The notes under the pieces are model-generated. The model was not told the DNA's origin and did no database searches. It saw only the letters and a list, made by a program, of their open reading frames with translations. Of a DNA stretch of 64,000 bases, positions 9,256-19,339 are shown piece after piece. Each line of letters starts with the position of its first letter. Within the stretch, counting starts at the first letter, position 1. The translations under genes and the position numbers were made by a program. The stretch is from Thermotogota bacterium ADurb.Bin062 (GTDB lineage: Bacteria; Thermotogota; Thermotogae; MWEM01), in NCBI GenBank assembly GCA_002071085.1, contig MWEM01000004.1, positions 4,277 to 68,276 on the forward strand, in the 5' to 3' direction.

Positions 9256-9312
9256 AAACACCCGCAATTATACACGAAAGCCCTATCGATGTCAAACGGG
9301 CGCCTGCTACGG

Positions 9313-10812
9313 TCAGCCCCTCCGACTCCATCTGAGAATCAGCCTTTTCATCTCCTGTTTTCTCAAAAGGAGTAGGGCCAAAAGGTACACCAAAACGCCG
9401 CACACGAGCTCTAAAACCACGAGGGGTTTGGAGTAGCTGTAGGTCTTAGCGATCATCAGCAGGACGGCGCTCATCACCGCGGTCGCGCTGACCGTTTTCA
9501 GGAGTTCGGAGAGCTGTCTTCGCGTCATTGTGAGCCCTTTTATCCTGATGAGATGGACGAGCAGGAAAGCGACAGGTGTCATCCCCGCGAAAGAGGTTGC
9601 GAGGGCGACCCCGTAAGCGCCTTGGATCGGCGCTAAAGTGAAGTCTAGAATAACGTTCGTCCCTACCGAGATACAGCTCGCGAAAAACGCGACATTCCCT
9701 TTTCCCAGCGCGTACTCCGCTTTGGAAAGCAGGAAATAGACGCAATAGAACGGAAGTCCGAAGAGATACCCGAGTAGGATCTTCGAAGTGAAGACCGTCT
9801 CATAAATCCCGAATGCCCCTCTCTGAAAGAGGAAGACGACCAATCCTTCCCTCAACAGGATCATCCCCGCAGCCGCCGGCAGGATGAGCAACAACAGCTT
9901 TTCCAAGTTGTCGGTGACCATTTCTCGGAAAGAATCCAAAGAGCGTTTGGAGAGCTGGGATAAGGCAACGGTCGACACCGACACGCCGATGACCCCCAAA
10001 GGCAGCTGATACAAACGATTGGCGTACTGTAGCAAAGAGATGCTCCCTTGACCCAGGTGCGAAACGACGATCGTATCGATCAGAGAATTGATCTGCGTGA
10101 TCGAAACGGCGGCCATCGAGCTTAAAAATAGGCTCGAGAACTCTTTCATATCCTCTCTCACGAAATCGATCTCGAAACGGTACCCCGTCTTTTTCTTTCC
10201 GATAAACAAAACGCTGATGAATTGGAAAGCTCCGCCGATCAAAAAAAAGACCGTCGGCCCAAGGATACGAGGGGTGAAGTAGGGAGAGAGCAAGATACCG
10301 GCGATCGTGAACACGTTGTGGATCGCGGGCGAGAAGGCCGGAACGAAATAGATGTCGTGGCTATTCAGAATTCCCGTTTTGATCGCCCATAGGCTGATAA
10401 AGATGATGAAAGGGAAGGCGACAACCCCACACATCACGGCCATTTCTCGTATTGCCGGTTCCATACCCGGCGCGAACAAGTAGATCAAATAAGGCATAAA
10501 ATAGTAACCTAAGAGGGTGCAAAGGATCAGGATTGGCACGAACACCGTAAAAATGGTGTTGGCGAATCGTGTGGCGGAACGCGAATCGATCATAGCCCGC
10601 TTGTTGTAGATCGGAACGAAGGCGCTCTGCAGAGCGCCTTCACCGAAAATACGTCGTAAGAAAAAAGGAAGTAAAACCGCTACGAGATAGGCGTCATATT
10701 CGGGAGAACTCCCGAATACGTTGGCGAACATCGCGTCCCGGACAAGTCCCAACACGCGGCTCATCAAGGTGGCAACGGCCATGTAGAGAGAAAACTTGAT
10801 CGTTTTCGACAC
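9313..10812 (-). CDS. murJ: Lipid II flippase MurJ (MviN)
   Basis: 499 aa, multi-TM. N-terminus LMSRVLGLVRDAMFANVFGSSPEYDAYLVA is typical of MurJ. Confidence 0.85.
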   Translation of the reverse strand: MSKTIKFSLYMAVATLMSRVLGLVRDAMFANVFGSSPEYDAYLVAVLLPFFLRRIFGEGALQSAFVPIYNKRAMIDSRSATRFANTIFTVFVPILILCTLLGYYFMPYLIYLFAPGMEPAIREMAVMCGVVAFPFIIFISLWAIKTGILNSHDIYFVPAFSPAIHNVFTIAGILLSPYFTPRILGPTVFFLIGGAFQFISVLFIGKKKTGYRFEIDFVREDMKEFSSLFLSSMAAVSITQINSLIDTIVVSHLGQGSISLLQYANRLYQLPLGVIGVSVSTVALSQLSKRSLDSFREMVTDNLEKLLLLILPAAAGMILLREGLVVFLFQRGAFGIYETVFTSKILLGYLFGLPFYCVYFLLSKAEYALGKGNVAFFASCISVGTNVILDFTLAPIQGAYGVALATSFAGMTPVAFLLVHLIRIKGLTMTRRQLSELLKTVSATAVMSAVLLMIAKTYSYSKPLVVLELVCGVLVYLLALLLLRKQEMKRLILRWSRRG

Positions 10813-10846
10813 GATGCGGTTCGCTTACCCTCTGGCTTTCATACAC

Positions 10847-12040
10847 TCAACGATAGTGTGATGGAAAGGCGCAATAAAACGCCGCGGCTTTGACCAAGTG
10901 CTCAGAAGGGCACTGGTCTTGGTTACTATGGGCGTAGATTTCGTTCGCTGGACCAAATCCGAAGGTCGGGATAGAAAAGATCCCGGCGGTCGCTATCCCG
11001 TTCGTACTGAAGGTCCATTTGTCTATCAAAGGCTCTCGATTGAATAGGCTCCGATAGGTCGCCGCGGCCTGCTGAATGATGGGGTGTTCTTCAGGGAAAA
11101 CCCACGTTGGGAAATACTTTTCTACGGGGTATTCCACTCCCCTATAGGTAGGCGTTTTATACTGTAACACCTCGATTTTGCCCGCAACACCCTGTGTGTC
11201 CAGAACGCGCTGGAGTTCCTCGACACTACTCGCTTTCGTTTCTCCTGCAGTCAACCTGCGGTCGAGGCTTATCGTGCAGCGATCGGCGATCGCGTTGAAA
11301 GAAGGAGAGACGGAGGAAATCTCGGTAACCGCGATCGTTCCTTTTCCCAAAAAGTCATCGTGACGTAAGCGCTCGTTCAGCTTTTCGATCTCGGCTACGA
11401 TCGGCATCATCTTGTAGATCGCGTTGTCTCCCCGTTCCGGGGCGCTCGCATGGCACGATCTTCCGTCTACGGTGATCTGAATCTCCATTCGCCCCCGGTG
11501 GCCACGATAGATGTTGAGGTTCGTCGGTTCGGTGATGATCACCACTTCTGGCCGCAAGATTCCTTCTCTCAGGATATACTGCCAGCATAGCCCGTCGCAG
11601 TCTTCTTCCATAATCGATCCGACGAAATAGCAGGAACAGTCTTTGTTCAAGCCGAGCTCTTTCATCATCTTTCCGGCGTAGACCATCGCAGCCATCCCGC
11701 CCTCTTGATCACTGGCCCCTCTCCCGTATACAATCCCATTTTCGTACTTGCCTTCATAGGGATCAAAATCCCAAGTATCCGGGTTTCCTATGCCAACCGT
11801 GTCGACGTGCGCGTCGTAGGCGATTATCCTTTTTCCATAGCCAATTCTGCCGATCACGTTTCCGAAGGGGTCGATTTGGACCTCATCAAACCCCACTTTT
11901 TTCATTTCTTCGGCGACGCGGTCCACCACACGCTTTTCTTGTGATGAGGGGCTGGGGATTCGAATCATGTCTCGCAAAAAACGGACCATATCCATTTCGT
12001 AACGTTTTGAGAGATCTTGGATTTTTCGAAAATCGATCAT
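10847..12040 (-). CDS. M20 family metallopeptidase (ArgE/DapE/YgeY-like)
   Basis: 397 aa. HVDTVGIGNPDTW...GRGASDQEGGMAAM metal-binding motifs. Confidence 0.75.
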   Translation of the reverse strand: MIDFRKIQDLSKRYEMDMVRFLRDMIRIPSPSSQEKRVVDRVAEEMKKVGFDEVQIDPFGNVIGRIGYGKRIIAYDAHVDTVGIGNPDTWDFDPYEGKYENGIVYGRGASDQEGGMAAMVYAGKMMKELGLNKDCSCYFVGSIMEEDCDGLCWQYILREGILRPEVVIITEPTNLNIYRGHRGRMEIQITVDGRSCHASAPERGDNAIYKMMPIVAEIEKLNERLRHDDFLGKGTIAVTEISSVSPSFNAIADRCTISLDRRLTAGETKASSVEELQRVLDTQGVAGKIEVLQYKTPTYRGVEYPVEKYFPTWVFPEEHPIIQQAAATYRSLFNREPLIDKWTFSTNGIATAGIFSIPTFGFGPANEIYAHSNQDQCPSEHLVKAAAFYCAFPSHYR

Positions 12041-12055
12041 CGTATCACTCCTTCT

Positions 12056-12901
12056 TTAATGTTTCGGATAAATATTTTTGATGTTAGGCAACTGAGATAG
12101 TGGATCCAGTGTTTCATTTTTTTGGTTTCGGATTTCGAAGTGCAAGTGCGGGCCGGTACTGTCACCGGTGCTTCCGACCCGGCCAATCACTTCCCCCCTT
12201 TTCACATTTTGGCCAACGGTGACGCACAGGGCAGAAAGGTGTCCGTACCGATACTTCTGTGTCGCGTCCGCTATTTCGATCATAATGCCGTAACCGCCAT
12301 TTTCTCCCGCGTGGCTCACGGTCCCCGACGCGCTCGCGAAGATCGGCGACCCTTCCGGGGCGGCGATGTCCACCCCGGCGTGGAACGCTTTCAAACCGGT
12401 GATCGGATGGACTCGGTTTCCGTATAAAGAGCTGATCTCTCCATAAACTGGCCACAACAACTTGCCGGGTTCCGAATAGAACTTTCTCCCAATCTCACCG
12501 TAAGGGATGAATATCTCCTGTCCAATACGTAGGGTGTACGGGAACTTCAGGCCGTTGGCCGCGGCGATAGCGTTCAGGTCGGCAAAAAACGAGCAGGAGA
12601 TCCAGCTCAGGCTATTTCCTTCCGCGACGCGATAGACGTAGCCGCTCGGGAAGGGGATGGTGACAACCATACCGGGAGACAGCTTGAGAGGGGACCCTGA
12701 GCGATTCCAATCGAGAAAGACCGACACAGGCAACTGATAGATCCGACAGATGGTCTCTATCGTATCGCCCGAATTGACAAAATGGCGGAGCGCCACGTAA
12801 GAGAAAGATATCGAGGAACAAAGACAAAGGCAGAAAACCCAGAGAATGAACCTTCGAAAACGCATCAAAACCCCCCAAGTATCACAATATCGGGACCACA
12901 A
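12056..12901 (-). CDS. M23 family peptidase with a LysM domain
   Basis: LysM (GDTIETICRIYQLPVSVFLDWN). M23 motifs HAGVDIAAPEGSPIFASASGTV and GPHLHFEIR. Confidence 0.8.
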   Translation of the reverse strand: MWSRYCDTWGVLMRFRRFILWVFCLCLCSSISFSYVALRHFVNSGDTIETICRIYQLPVSVFLDWNRSGSPLKLSPGMVVTIPFPSGYVYRVAEGNSLSWISCSFFADLNAIAAANGLKFPYTLRIGQEIFIPYGEIGRKFYSEPGKLLWPVYGEISSLYGNRVHPITGLKAFHAGVDIAAPEGSPIFASASGTVSHAGENGGYGIMIEIADATQKYRYGHLSALCVTVGQNVKRGEVIGRVGSTGDSTGPHLHFEIRNQKNETLDPLSQLPNIKNIYPKH

Positions 12902-13011
12902 ACGCCTTTCCGAATGGGCACATCACGAAAAACCCCGTCGAAACGCGCACGAGGACTCGACGCGCCCTTCTCCGGGTTGAGTCCTGCGGCGGCTCTATCT
13001 TTGGACCCGAA

Positions 13012-13323
13012 CTAGCCGCGATAGAAAAGACTGAACACCCAAGAGCTGAGGAAGGCGAGTCCCGTAAAGACCAAAAACCCATAACCAGCGATATCCTTCC
13101 GCTTCCCTTTGTCCGCATCTTCTTGGTCCTCATCCTTCCGCCTTCGTATCAACAGGATCCAAGAAAGGTTCACGGTGAGGATCCCGACGGCGAATAGAAA
13201 ATCCGCGGAAAAACGGGGAAAAAAAGGAAACAGCGCCAGAGAAAAAAGGAAAAAAACTACCCAGATGTAAAACGGAATGAGAACGATATAATTTAACCTT
13301 TGGTTTTTTGTTAATCCTCTCAT
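13012..13323 (-). CDS. Small integral membrane protein
   Basis: 103 aa, 3 hydrophobic helices. The start abuts the upstream stop. Confidence 0.45.
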   Translation of the reverse strand: MRGLTKNQRLNYIVLIPFYIWVVFFLFSLALFPFFPRFSADFLFAVGILTVNLSWILLIRRRKDEDQEDADKGKRKDIAGYGFLVFTGLAFLSSWVFSLFYRG

Positions 13324-14229
13324 CTATCGGTCGATCCCCATAAACTTTCTCACGGTGCCGATGAGCTCGCTCTCGGGATATAAAAGCAAAAACCGCAACC
13401 CGTTTTCGTACCAGGAAGGCTCTCCGCTTTTCCTCTGAACCGAGATTAGCATCAACAGCTTTTGATCCGCCGTTGAAGAACTCGGATAGGTGTAGATGAA
13501 CTTACGGAGGTAATGGTTCAATTGATACTCGTCGCCCAGTTTATCATACTCTCCGATGATCATATCGATAATTCGTTCGTAATGGGCCGAGTTCGGAAAC
13601 CTCTCCTCGAATTTCTTCAGAAGCGAGAGGTTTTGTAGTGGGTCGGCGTCGGTGGCCTGTGTTAAGATCGACAGAAAGGCGTCCTCATCGTTTTCGGGTA
13701 TCTCCACTACCAGGTCTTTGCCCAAAGAAATATCCTGGATATAGTGGAGCATTCGGTCTATAAACGGCGACGTCGGAAAGCCGGTGACGAAACGAGAGTA
13801 ACAGTCTATGGCGCGTTGTTTGTCCGCCTTCTTCACATAGGTTTCAAAGGCGCGGTACATCTTCTCGGATTCGGATAGCGCCAACCCAAAATACTTTTCT
13901 TGTACGATTTGCTTTAAAAAAAGGGTTAAGGATTGGAGGACAGAGGCGGCTAGCTCTGGATCCTCCGGATTCGAGAGCTCTTCGGCGGACAGGGGTCTCA
14001 ACACGGTATCTTCATTCGCCTGCACCCGTATGGTCGACTTCGCCCTTTCAATGCATTCTAGCGCACCAAAGACGAAGGGGCTTTGTAGGTAGAAGTTTTC
14101 CCAAGTGTCCCATTTCCATTCTATCTGTACACGACCGCCGACGATTTGGTAAGCGGTTTCCACGGTTTCGTCGACTCCAAGGGCTACCGTCCCCGCGGGG
14201 CACCGTCGTTCACTTTTCTGTTTAGCCAT
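13324..14229 (-). CDS. Hypothetical protein (301 aa), possibly alpha-helical/TPR-like
   Basis: Long ORF in the co-directional cluster. No diagnostic motif. Confidence 0.5.
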   Translation of the reverse strand: MAKQKSERRCPAGTVALGVDETVETAYQIVGGRVQIEWKWDTWENFYLQSPFVFGALECIERAKSTIRVQANEDTVLRPLSAEELSNPEDPELAASVLQSLTLFLKQIVQEKYFGLALSESEKMYRAFETYVKKADKQRAIDCYSRFVTGFPTSPFIDRMLHYIQDISLGKDLVVEIPENDEDAFLSILTQATDADPLQNLSLLKKFEERFPNSAHYERIIDMIIGEYDKLGDEYQLNHYLRKFIYTYPSSSTADQKLLMLISVQRKSGEPSWYENGLRFLLLYPESELIGTVRKFMGIDR

Positions 14230-14246
14230 CTTCCGAAAGCTACCGC

Positions 14247-15032
14247 CTATTTATAGGCGCGGACCATCCTTCCTACCTGGTTGGTGATCACGCCGTCTAT
14301 GATGCTGCGGTCTCTTAAAAACTCGGTGACCGGGATATCGTCGATCGTCCACCAAAAGAGTCGGATGTTGGAAGCCTTGACCTTTTGCAAGAATCGAACG
14401 GTCCCCTCTACAGGCAAACGGTTGAAGAGTTGCATAGGCAGGTGCAGCGAGTAGGGGAGGTATCCGGCCAAAAGTGCTTCGAAGGAGGTGGTGTTGACCG
14501 AAGTATGCGACACGGACACGTATTTCACCAGTCCTTCGCCGATCAATAGACCGATTTTGACTTCGGGTAGCGCGTTTCGAAGTTCTTCCAACGGCTCAAA
14601 TAAGAAGGACGAAAACACGATCTGAAAAGACGGTTCGTACGTCTTCATCAGTTTGACGAGCGGGGCAACGGCATCCGGTGACTTGATCTCCACGTTCAGG
14701 AACCCGTCGTCGGGAAAGGATTCAAAGACTTCATCCAACAACGGAATAGACAACCCGTTCTGGACTTTTGCTTTGCGGATATCCGCGTAGTCGAGTTCGG
14801 CGACCTTGCCAGGGATACCCGCCACGCGTAAGGTATCCTCGTCATGGATCACGACGACCTTGCCGTCTCTCGACGCTCGGATGTCGAGTTCCACGCCATC
14901 TGCCCCGGCTTCCATCGCCTTTCGAAATGCCAAAGTGGTGTTTTCAGGGTACTCGCTCGAGTAGCCACGGTGACCAAAGATGAGAAAAGACACAGAAACC
15001 ACCTCGTTTCGTTTTGACAGTCTATTATACAC
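14247..15032 (-). CDS. glpQ: Glycerophosphodiester phosphodiesterase (GP-PDE, GlpQ/UgpQ family)
   Basis: FGHRGYSSEYPENTTLAFRKAMEAGADGVELDIRASRDGKVVVIHDEDT is the GP-PDE signature. Confidence 0.8.
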   Translation of the reverse strand: MYNRLSKRNEVVSVSFLIFGHRGYSSEYPENTTLAFRKAMEAGADGVELDIRASRDGKVVVIHDEDTLRVAGIPGKVAELDYADIRKAKVQNGLSIPLLDEVFESFPDDGFLNVEIKSPDAVAPLVKLMKTYEPSFQIVFSSFLFEPLEELRNALPEVKIGLLIGEGLVKYVSVSHTSVNTTSFEALLAGYLPYSLHLPMQLFNRLPVEGTVRFLQKVKASNIRLFWWTIDDIPVTEFLRDRSIIDGVITNQVGRMVRAYK

Positions 15033-15040
15033 TATCCGCG

Positions 15041-15680
15041 GTTTATTCAGTCATCAGGGTGTGTGTCAAGTTATGGGGTGTACTCAAGAAACAAGGCCAA
15101 AATCGATCACACTGTTTTTAGCCCATATAGTCATCGCGGCGTAAGCGCCCCTTCTTTTCGCGACGGCGCGATACGCTTTTGTGCCTGTCTTGAAAAACAG
15201 GGTTCGCACAGAGGGCACAGAGAACACAGAGAAAAGAATCTTGGGAACGCCTTGCGAACGCCAAACTTTAGTTTGGCATGGTTTGTGAAAATAGAAATGC
15301 AGCAGCGCGTATCGCAAAGGTATGAAAGTATCGTGGGGTCCCGTTGGTTACCCCGCGATAACTTCACACAGGCATCGCGGCGTAAGCGTCCCTTCTTTTA
15401 GCGACGGCGCGATACCTCTTTTCCGAGCCTATCGCGGCTAAAGAAGGCTAAGGCCGGATCGCGGGGTCGTAAAAACCACTTACCCCGCGATAACCTCACA
15501 AGAGCCTCAGCGTAAAAAGGATAAAAAGCGGACCTCCTCCTCATATCTTATTTTGTCGCATTTCGATGTTATACCCACACGAACTCCCCGCACCTGTCAC
15601 CGTTTCGTGTATAATTCACTAGGTGAAAAACCGCAGCCGTTAGACGCTTGTAAAATGACAAACGATCAAAACCGAGGTGG
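15041..15680. repeat. Composite intergenic repeat cluster (modules: terminus(rc), R, T, Q hairpin, R, S hairpin, P(rc))
   Basis: R: CGCGGCGTAAGCGCCCCTTCTTTTCGCGACGGCGCGATACGCTTTTG at 15133-15182 and 15374-15421. S: GATCGCGGGGTCGTAAAAACCACTTACCCCGCGATAACC at 15458-15496 (perfect 7-bp GC stem). T: 15183-15240 matches the reverse complement of 35222-35280. Q: GCCAAACTTTAGTTTGGC at 15260-15277. P-module inverse with extended -10 GTGTATAAT at 15573-15616. Confidence 0.8.
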
Positions 15681-15686
15681 TTACTT

Positions 15687-18600
15687 GTGGCAAAAATCAA
15701 GTTCGCGGAGACTTGGTGGGGAGAGAGCTGGATCAGGGCCCTCGAAGAAATCGACGTGGATACGAATCGGCTGCCAAGGGGCCGCACCTATGCGAGAAAC
15801 GGGTCGGTTCTAGAAATTAAACGAACGAGAACGGGGACGATCCAAGCGAGGGTGCAGGGGCGTCGACCCGCCCCCTATCGTATACGTATCGCTTTAACGG
15901 AATGGTCGGAAGAGCAAAACGCCGCCGTCCTCGATCTAATACAAAACAGCCCCGCGCTCTCCTCCCAGCTTTTGATCGGTCAGATGCCCGAAAGTCTCGA
16001 GGCGGAGTTGGAGAAGCTTGGTGCCCGGATCTTTCCCTCTTCTTGGCGCGAAATGACGGCCTCTTGCAGTTGCCCCGACTGGGCGAATCCCTGTAAGCAC
16101 CTCGCCGCCGTCTATTACCTGCTGGCCGTCGAAATAGACAAAGACCCCTTCTTGCTCTTCGAAATGCGTGGGCTGAAAAAGAAACGGATCTTAGAAACCG
16201 CGCGGCTTACCGATCAGACCTTGAAAAGCGCGGGGTGGGTTTTCGACGTATCTCAAACTCCTGTGACCGATACATACGAAGCTCCGACCCCCACGACGGA
16301 GGAAATCGAAAGCTATATCGTGCAACCCTATCCCATCGATAAGGCGTTGGGAGTTTTAGAAAAAAATCCCCGGTTTGACGATGGCCCCCTCATCCTGCAG
16401 CTTCTGCCCACGACTTACCGGAAGATTAGAGATTATTGGAACGGAGAAGCGTTCATCGAACCCGAAGAGCCCCTTGCTCATTCGTCTTCGATAACGATAG
16501 AGCATCGCGAAGAGGGACCCGTGTTTTTGGTAGATGAGCTTTACAAAAAAGAGGTTTCTGAGCTCACAGTCGCAGATTTTTTGTTTCGGATGGAAGGGGT
16601 CAGCCTCTCGCCGCTTGCAGAAGATCACGCTACGATGCGTTGGGTGAAAGACACTCTCTCCCTCGCCCGAAGACTCATCGCGTTAAACAGCTGGGTTCCC
16701 GTTCTCTACTCGGTAGGACAAGGCGAGGACTTCGGGATCCGCTACGCCCCCGTCTACTCCCAACCGACTCTTCGCCAGAAGAAAGTGGCGTTGAACGCTT
16801 CGGTTCCCACCGGACTTATTCACGACGCCAAAAACCGCCCTCTGAAGAGAGAACAGAGCGTGGACTATCTCTTGTCCGTCTTTTTGACACAGATGGTGCA
16901 AGAGCCTTTAGGCGGTGTGCTGCCTTACTCGTCGATAGAAATGGCGCGCGTCTTCTTCCTTGGGGAGGTGTATAAGGCGGATCATTTTCAACGGCAACAG
17001 ACGAAAACGGCTGTGCAAAACTGGCTGACCCCGTTACACCTTTCCGACTCGGAGCACAATCTCGTCCTGGACATCCAGGTAACGAAAAAAACCCAGTTTT
17101 CGTTGACGGTCTCCGTGAAGCGCAAGCGCGACCTGTTTATCGACGCCGTACCGATGCAAAACTTCCTGAAAACCGCCGCGAACGGGGGCGAAAAAGAAGG
17201 GGCGCTCAAGCAGCTCGCCTGCCTTTCCGAATGGATTCCTCCCCTAAAGCGCTCTTTCGAAGAACGAACGATCCCTATCACCGTCGATGAGCTCATCCAG
17301 TTACTCAGCCAAGCGCGAGACTTCCTCGGTTTTTTCGGAGCGGAACTCGTCGTGCCGAAAGAGTTTAAGGACTTAACGCGTCCACGGGTCTTCGCGAGCG
17401 CAAGAATGAAAAGCGAACGAACGAAAGGCGTTTTAAACTTCGAAAACCTCCTCCAATTCGAATGGCGGGTCCAGTTCGGAGAAGACAACCTGTCTATAGA
17501 GGAGTTTGCGGCATTGATGAAGGGTGCGGAGCGGATCGTACTTTTCAAAGACCAGTATTGCTTGGTAGACCCTATCGAAGCGAAGAGGATGGTTGAGAAA
17601 TATATGACTTCGCCCATCATCAGTGGGCCGGAGGGGCTGCGCGCCGTATTCGCCCAGGAGCTCGACGGATACCCGCTACGCTACGGAGAGGACGTCGAAC
17701 GGCTGTTGAAGGGTTTGCGAAAAGAGCGGCGGTGCGAAGCACCGGGTACCCTCAATGGCCAATTGCGACCGTATCAGTTGAAAGGGTACCAATGGATGTT
17801 GTCGAACCTGCACAACGGGTTCAACATATGCTTGGCGGACGATATGGGTCTTGGTAAAACGATACAGGTGATCGCGGTGTTGCTCAAACTGCGCGAAAAT
17901 AAAGAGTTGACGCGCCCCGCCTTGGTCATTTGCCCTGCTTCCGTAACGCGTAACTGGCGAAAAGAGATAGAGACCTTCGCGCCGGACCTGAAGTGCGAGC
18001 TGTATGGCGGGTCGAATCGCGAGATATCAGCAGGGAAAGACGTTTGGATAACGACGTACGGTATGGTCCGATCCGAGGTAGAACGCTTGAAGAGTTTTGA
18101 GTGGAGCGTCGTAATCGTCGATGAAGCGCAGAATATCAAGAACCCCGATGCCGACCAATCTAAAGCTATCGCCCAGCTCAACGGGCAATATAAGATCGCG
18201 ATGAGCGGGACTCCAGTAGAAAACCGCGTGGCGGAACTATGGAGTCTGTTTAACTTCATTATGCCGGGATACTTAGGTCCCAGGAAAAAATTCCGAGAAG
18301 AATTCGCGATCCCCATCGAACGCCTGAACGACCCGGTTAAGACCAAGACGCTGAAACAGGCAGTCGAACCGTTTTTACTGAGAAGGTTAAAATCAGACAA
18401 GAACATCATCAAAGACCTTCCGGAAAAAGTCGTTCGGGAGGTCTACGTCACGCTCAAACCCGAACAAGCTGCTTTGTACGGCACCGTCTTAGAAGCCGCG
18501 GTAGGCGAGATAGAAAGCGCCCAAGGCATCAAGCGGAAAGGAAAGGTATTTTGGCTTCTCACCGCGCTCAAACAAATCTGCAACCACCCCGTGTCCTATA

Positions 18601-19157
18601 CCAAGAGCGGGACTCCCGTCGCCGAGCACTCCGGAAAGAGCGAGAAAGCCTTTGAATTGCTGAAAGAAGTCATCAAAAGCGGTGAAAAGGCGTTACTCTT
18701 CACCCAATACCGCGAGATGGGCGCCTTATTGGCTGCGATGACACCCGAAAAGCTAGGAATCGACCCGCTCTTTTTCCACGGCGGGCTCACCCCTAAAGAG
18801 CGAGAAAACCTCATCCTCGACTTTCAGCAGCAACCCTATCATCCATTAATGATCATTACACTGAAGGCGGGTGGCACGGGCTTAAACCTGACCGCCGCGA
18901 CCACCGTTATCCATTACGACCTATGGTGGAACCCGGCCGTCGAAAACCAGGCGACGGACAGGAGCTACCGAATCGGTCAAAAAAAAAGCGTCACCGTCCA
19001 TCGGTTACTGACCGAGAACACCTTTGAAGAACGCGTGAACGAGCTCTTACAAAAAAAGAAAGAGCTCTCCGACGCCATCGTCGGCGCTGGCGAGCATTGG
19101 ATCACGGAGATGAGCAACGAGGAAATCCGAAGCCTTTTTGAAATGAAAACAACCTAA
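15687..19157 (+). CDS. SNF2-family helicase with N-terminal SWIM zinc finger
   Basis: GTG start with RBS GAGGTGG. SWIM CxC...CxH (TASCSCPDWANPCKHLAAVYYLL). SNF2_N (LRPYQLKGYQWMLSNLHNGFNICLADDMGLGKTIQ; DEAQNIKN). Helicase_C (GGTGLNLTAATTVIHYDLWWNPAVENQATDRSYRIGQ). Confidence 0.85.
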   Translation: MAKIKFAETWWGESWIRALEEIDVDTNRLPRGRTYARNGSVLEIKRTRTGTIQARVQGRRPAPYRIRIALTEWSEEQNAAVLDLIQNSPALSSQLLIGQMPESLEAELEKLGARIFPSSWREMTASCSCPDWANPCKHLAAVYYLLAVEIDKDPFLLFEMRGLKKKRILETARLTDQTLKSAGWVFDVSQTPVTDTYEAPTPTTEEIESYIVQPYPIDKALGVLEKNPRFDDGPLILQLLPTTYRKIRDYWNGEAFIEPEEPLAHSSSITIEHREEGPVFLVDELYKKEVSELTVADFLFRMEGVSLSPLAEDHATMRWVKDTLSLARRLIALNSWVPVLYSVGQGEDFGIRYAPVYSQPTLRQKKVALNASVPTGLIHDAKNRPLKREQSVDYLLSVFLTQMVQEPLGGVLPYSSIEMARVFFLGEVYKADHFQRQQTKTAVQNWLTPLHLSDSEHNLVLDIQVTKKTQFSLTVSVKRKRDLFIDAVPMQNFLKTAANGGEKEGALKQLACLSEWIPPLKRSFEERTIPITVDELIQLLSQARDFLGFFGAELVVPKEFKDLTRPRVFASARMKSERTKGVLNFENLLQFEWRVQFGEDNLSIEEFAALMKGAERIVLFKDQYCLVDPIEAKRMVEKYMTSPIISGPEGLRAVFAQELDGYPLRYGEDVERLLKGLRKERRCEAPGTLNGQLRPYQLKGYQWMLSNLHNGFNICLADDMGLGKTIQVIAVLLKLRENKELTRPALVICPASVTRNWRKEIETFAPDLKCELYGGSNREISAGKDVWITTYGMVRSEVERLKSFEWSVVIVDEAQNIKNPDADQSKAIAQLNGQYKIAMSGTPVENRVAELWSLFNFIMPGYLGPRKKFREEFAIPIERLNDPVKTKTLKQAVEPFLLRRLKSDKNIIKDLPEKVVREVYVTLKPEQAALYGTVLEAAVGEIESAQGIKRKGKVFWLLTALKQICNHPVSYTKSGTPVAEHSGKSEKAFELLKEVIKSGEKALLFTQYREMGALLAAMTPEKLGIDPLFFHGGLTPKERENLILDFQQQPYHPLMIITLKAGGTGLNLTAATTVIHYDLWWNPAVENQATDRSYRIGQKKSVTVHRLLTENTFEERVNELLQKKKELSDAIVGAGEHWITEMSNEEIRSLFEMKTT

Positions 19158-19209
19158 CCCGCGAGCTATCCTCTCCGTACTGAGATCGCCGCCGGGGCGC
19201 TGTATTGCT

Positions 19210-19239
19210 GGGAACGCCGGACTAAAGTTCGGCGTTCCC
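19210..19239. repeat. Perfect 13-bp-stem palindromic hairpin (Q module) GGGAACGCCGGACTAAAGTTCGGCGTTCCC
   Basis: Self-complementary. Related copies at 55806-55823, 20583-20600 and 51256-51273. Confidence 0.8.
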
Positions 19240-19257
19240 ATTTTGGCGTTCCCCGAT

Positions 19258-19332
19258 ATTATACCCACACTATTATACCCATCCTCGAGTTGCATCGTGT
19301 ATAATACCCGTGAAATGATTTCCCGTAGGGAG
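19258..19332 (+). promoter_or_regulatory. Repeat-borne promoter-like module upstream of the Rpn gene
   Basis: ATTATACCCACACTATTATACCC (inverse P module), CGTGTATAATACCCGTG (extended -10 TGTATAAT at about 19294-19301) and RBS GGGAGG 8 nt before the ATG at 19340. Confidence 0.4.
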
Positions 19333-19339
19333 GCCACAG

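Noticed and set aside
8964-9403. ORFs 8964..9275, 9008..9211 and 9212..9403 on the minus strand
   Set aside because: They overlap the tRNA-Gln and the methyltransferase 3' end. No coding signal.
15041-15680. Possible CRISPR array (many direct repeats in intergenic DNA)
   Set aside because: Repeats are heterogeneous modules of 18-55 nt in both orientations without constant-length spacers. No cas genes in the window. Better explained as a REP/MITE-like composite repeat family.
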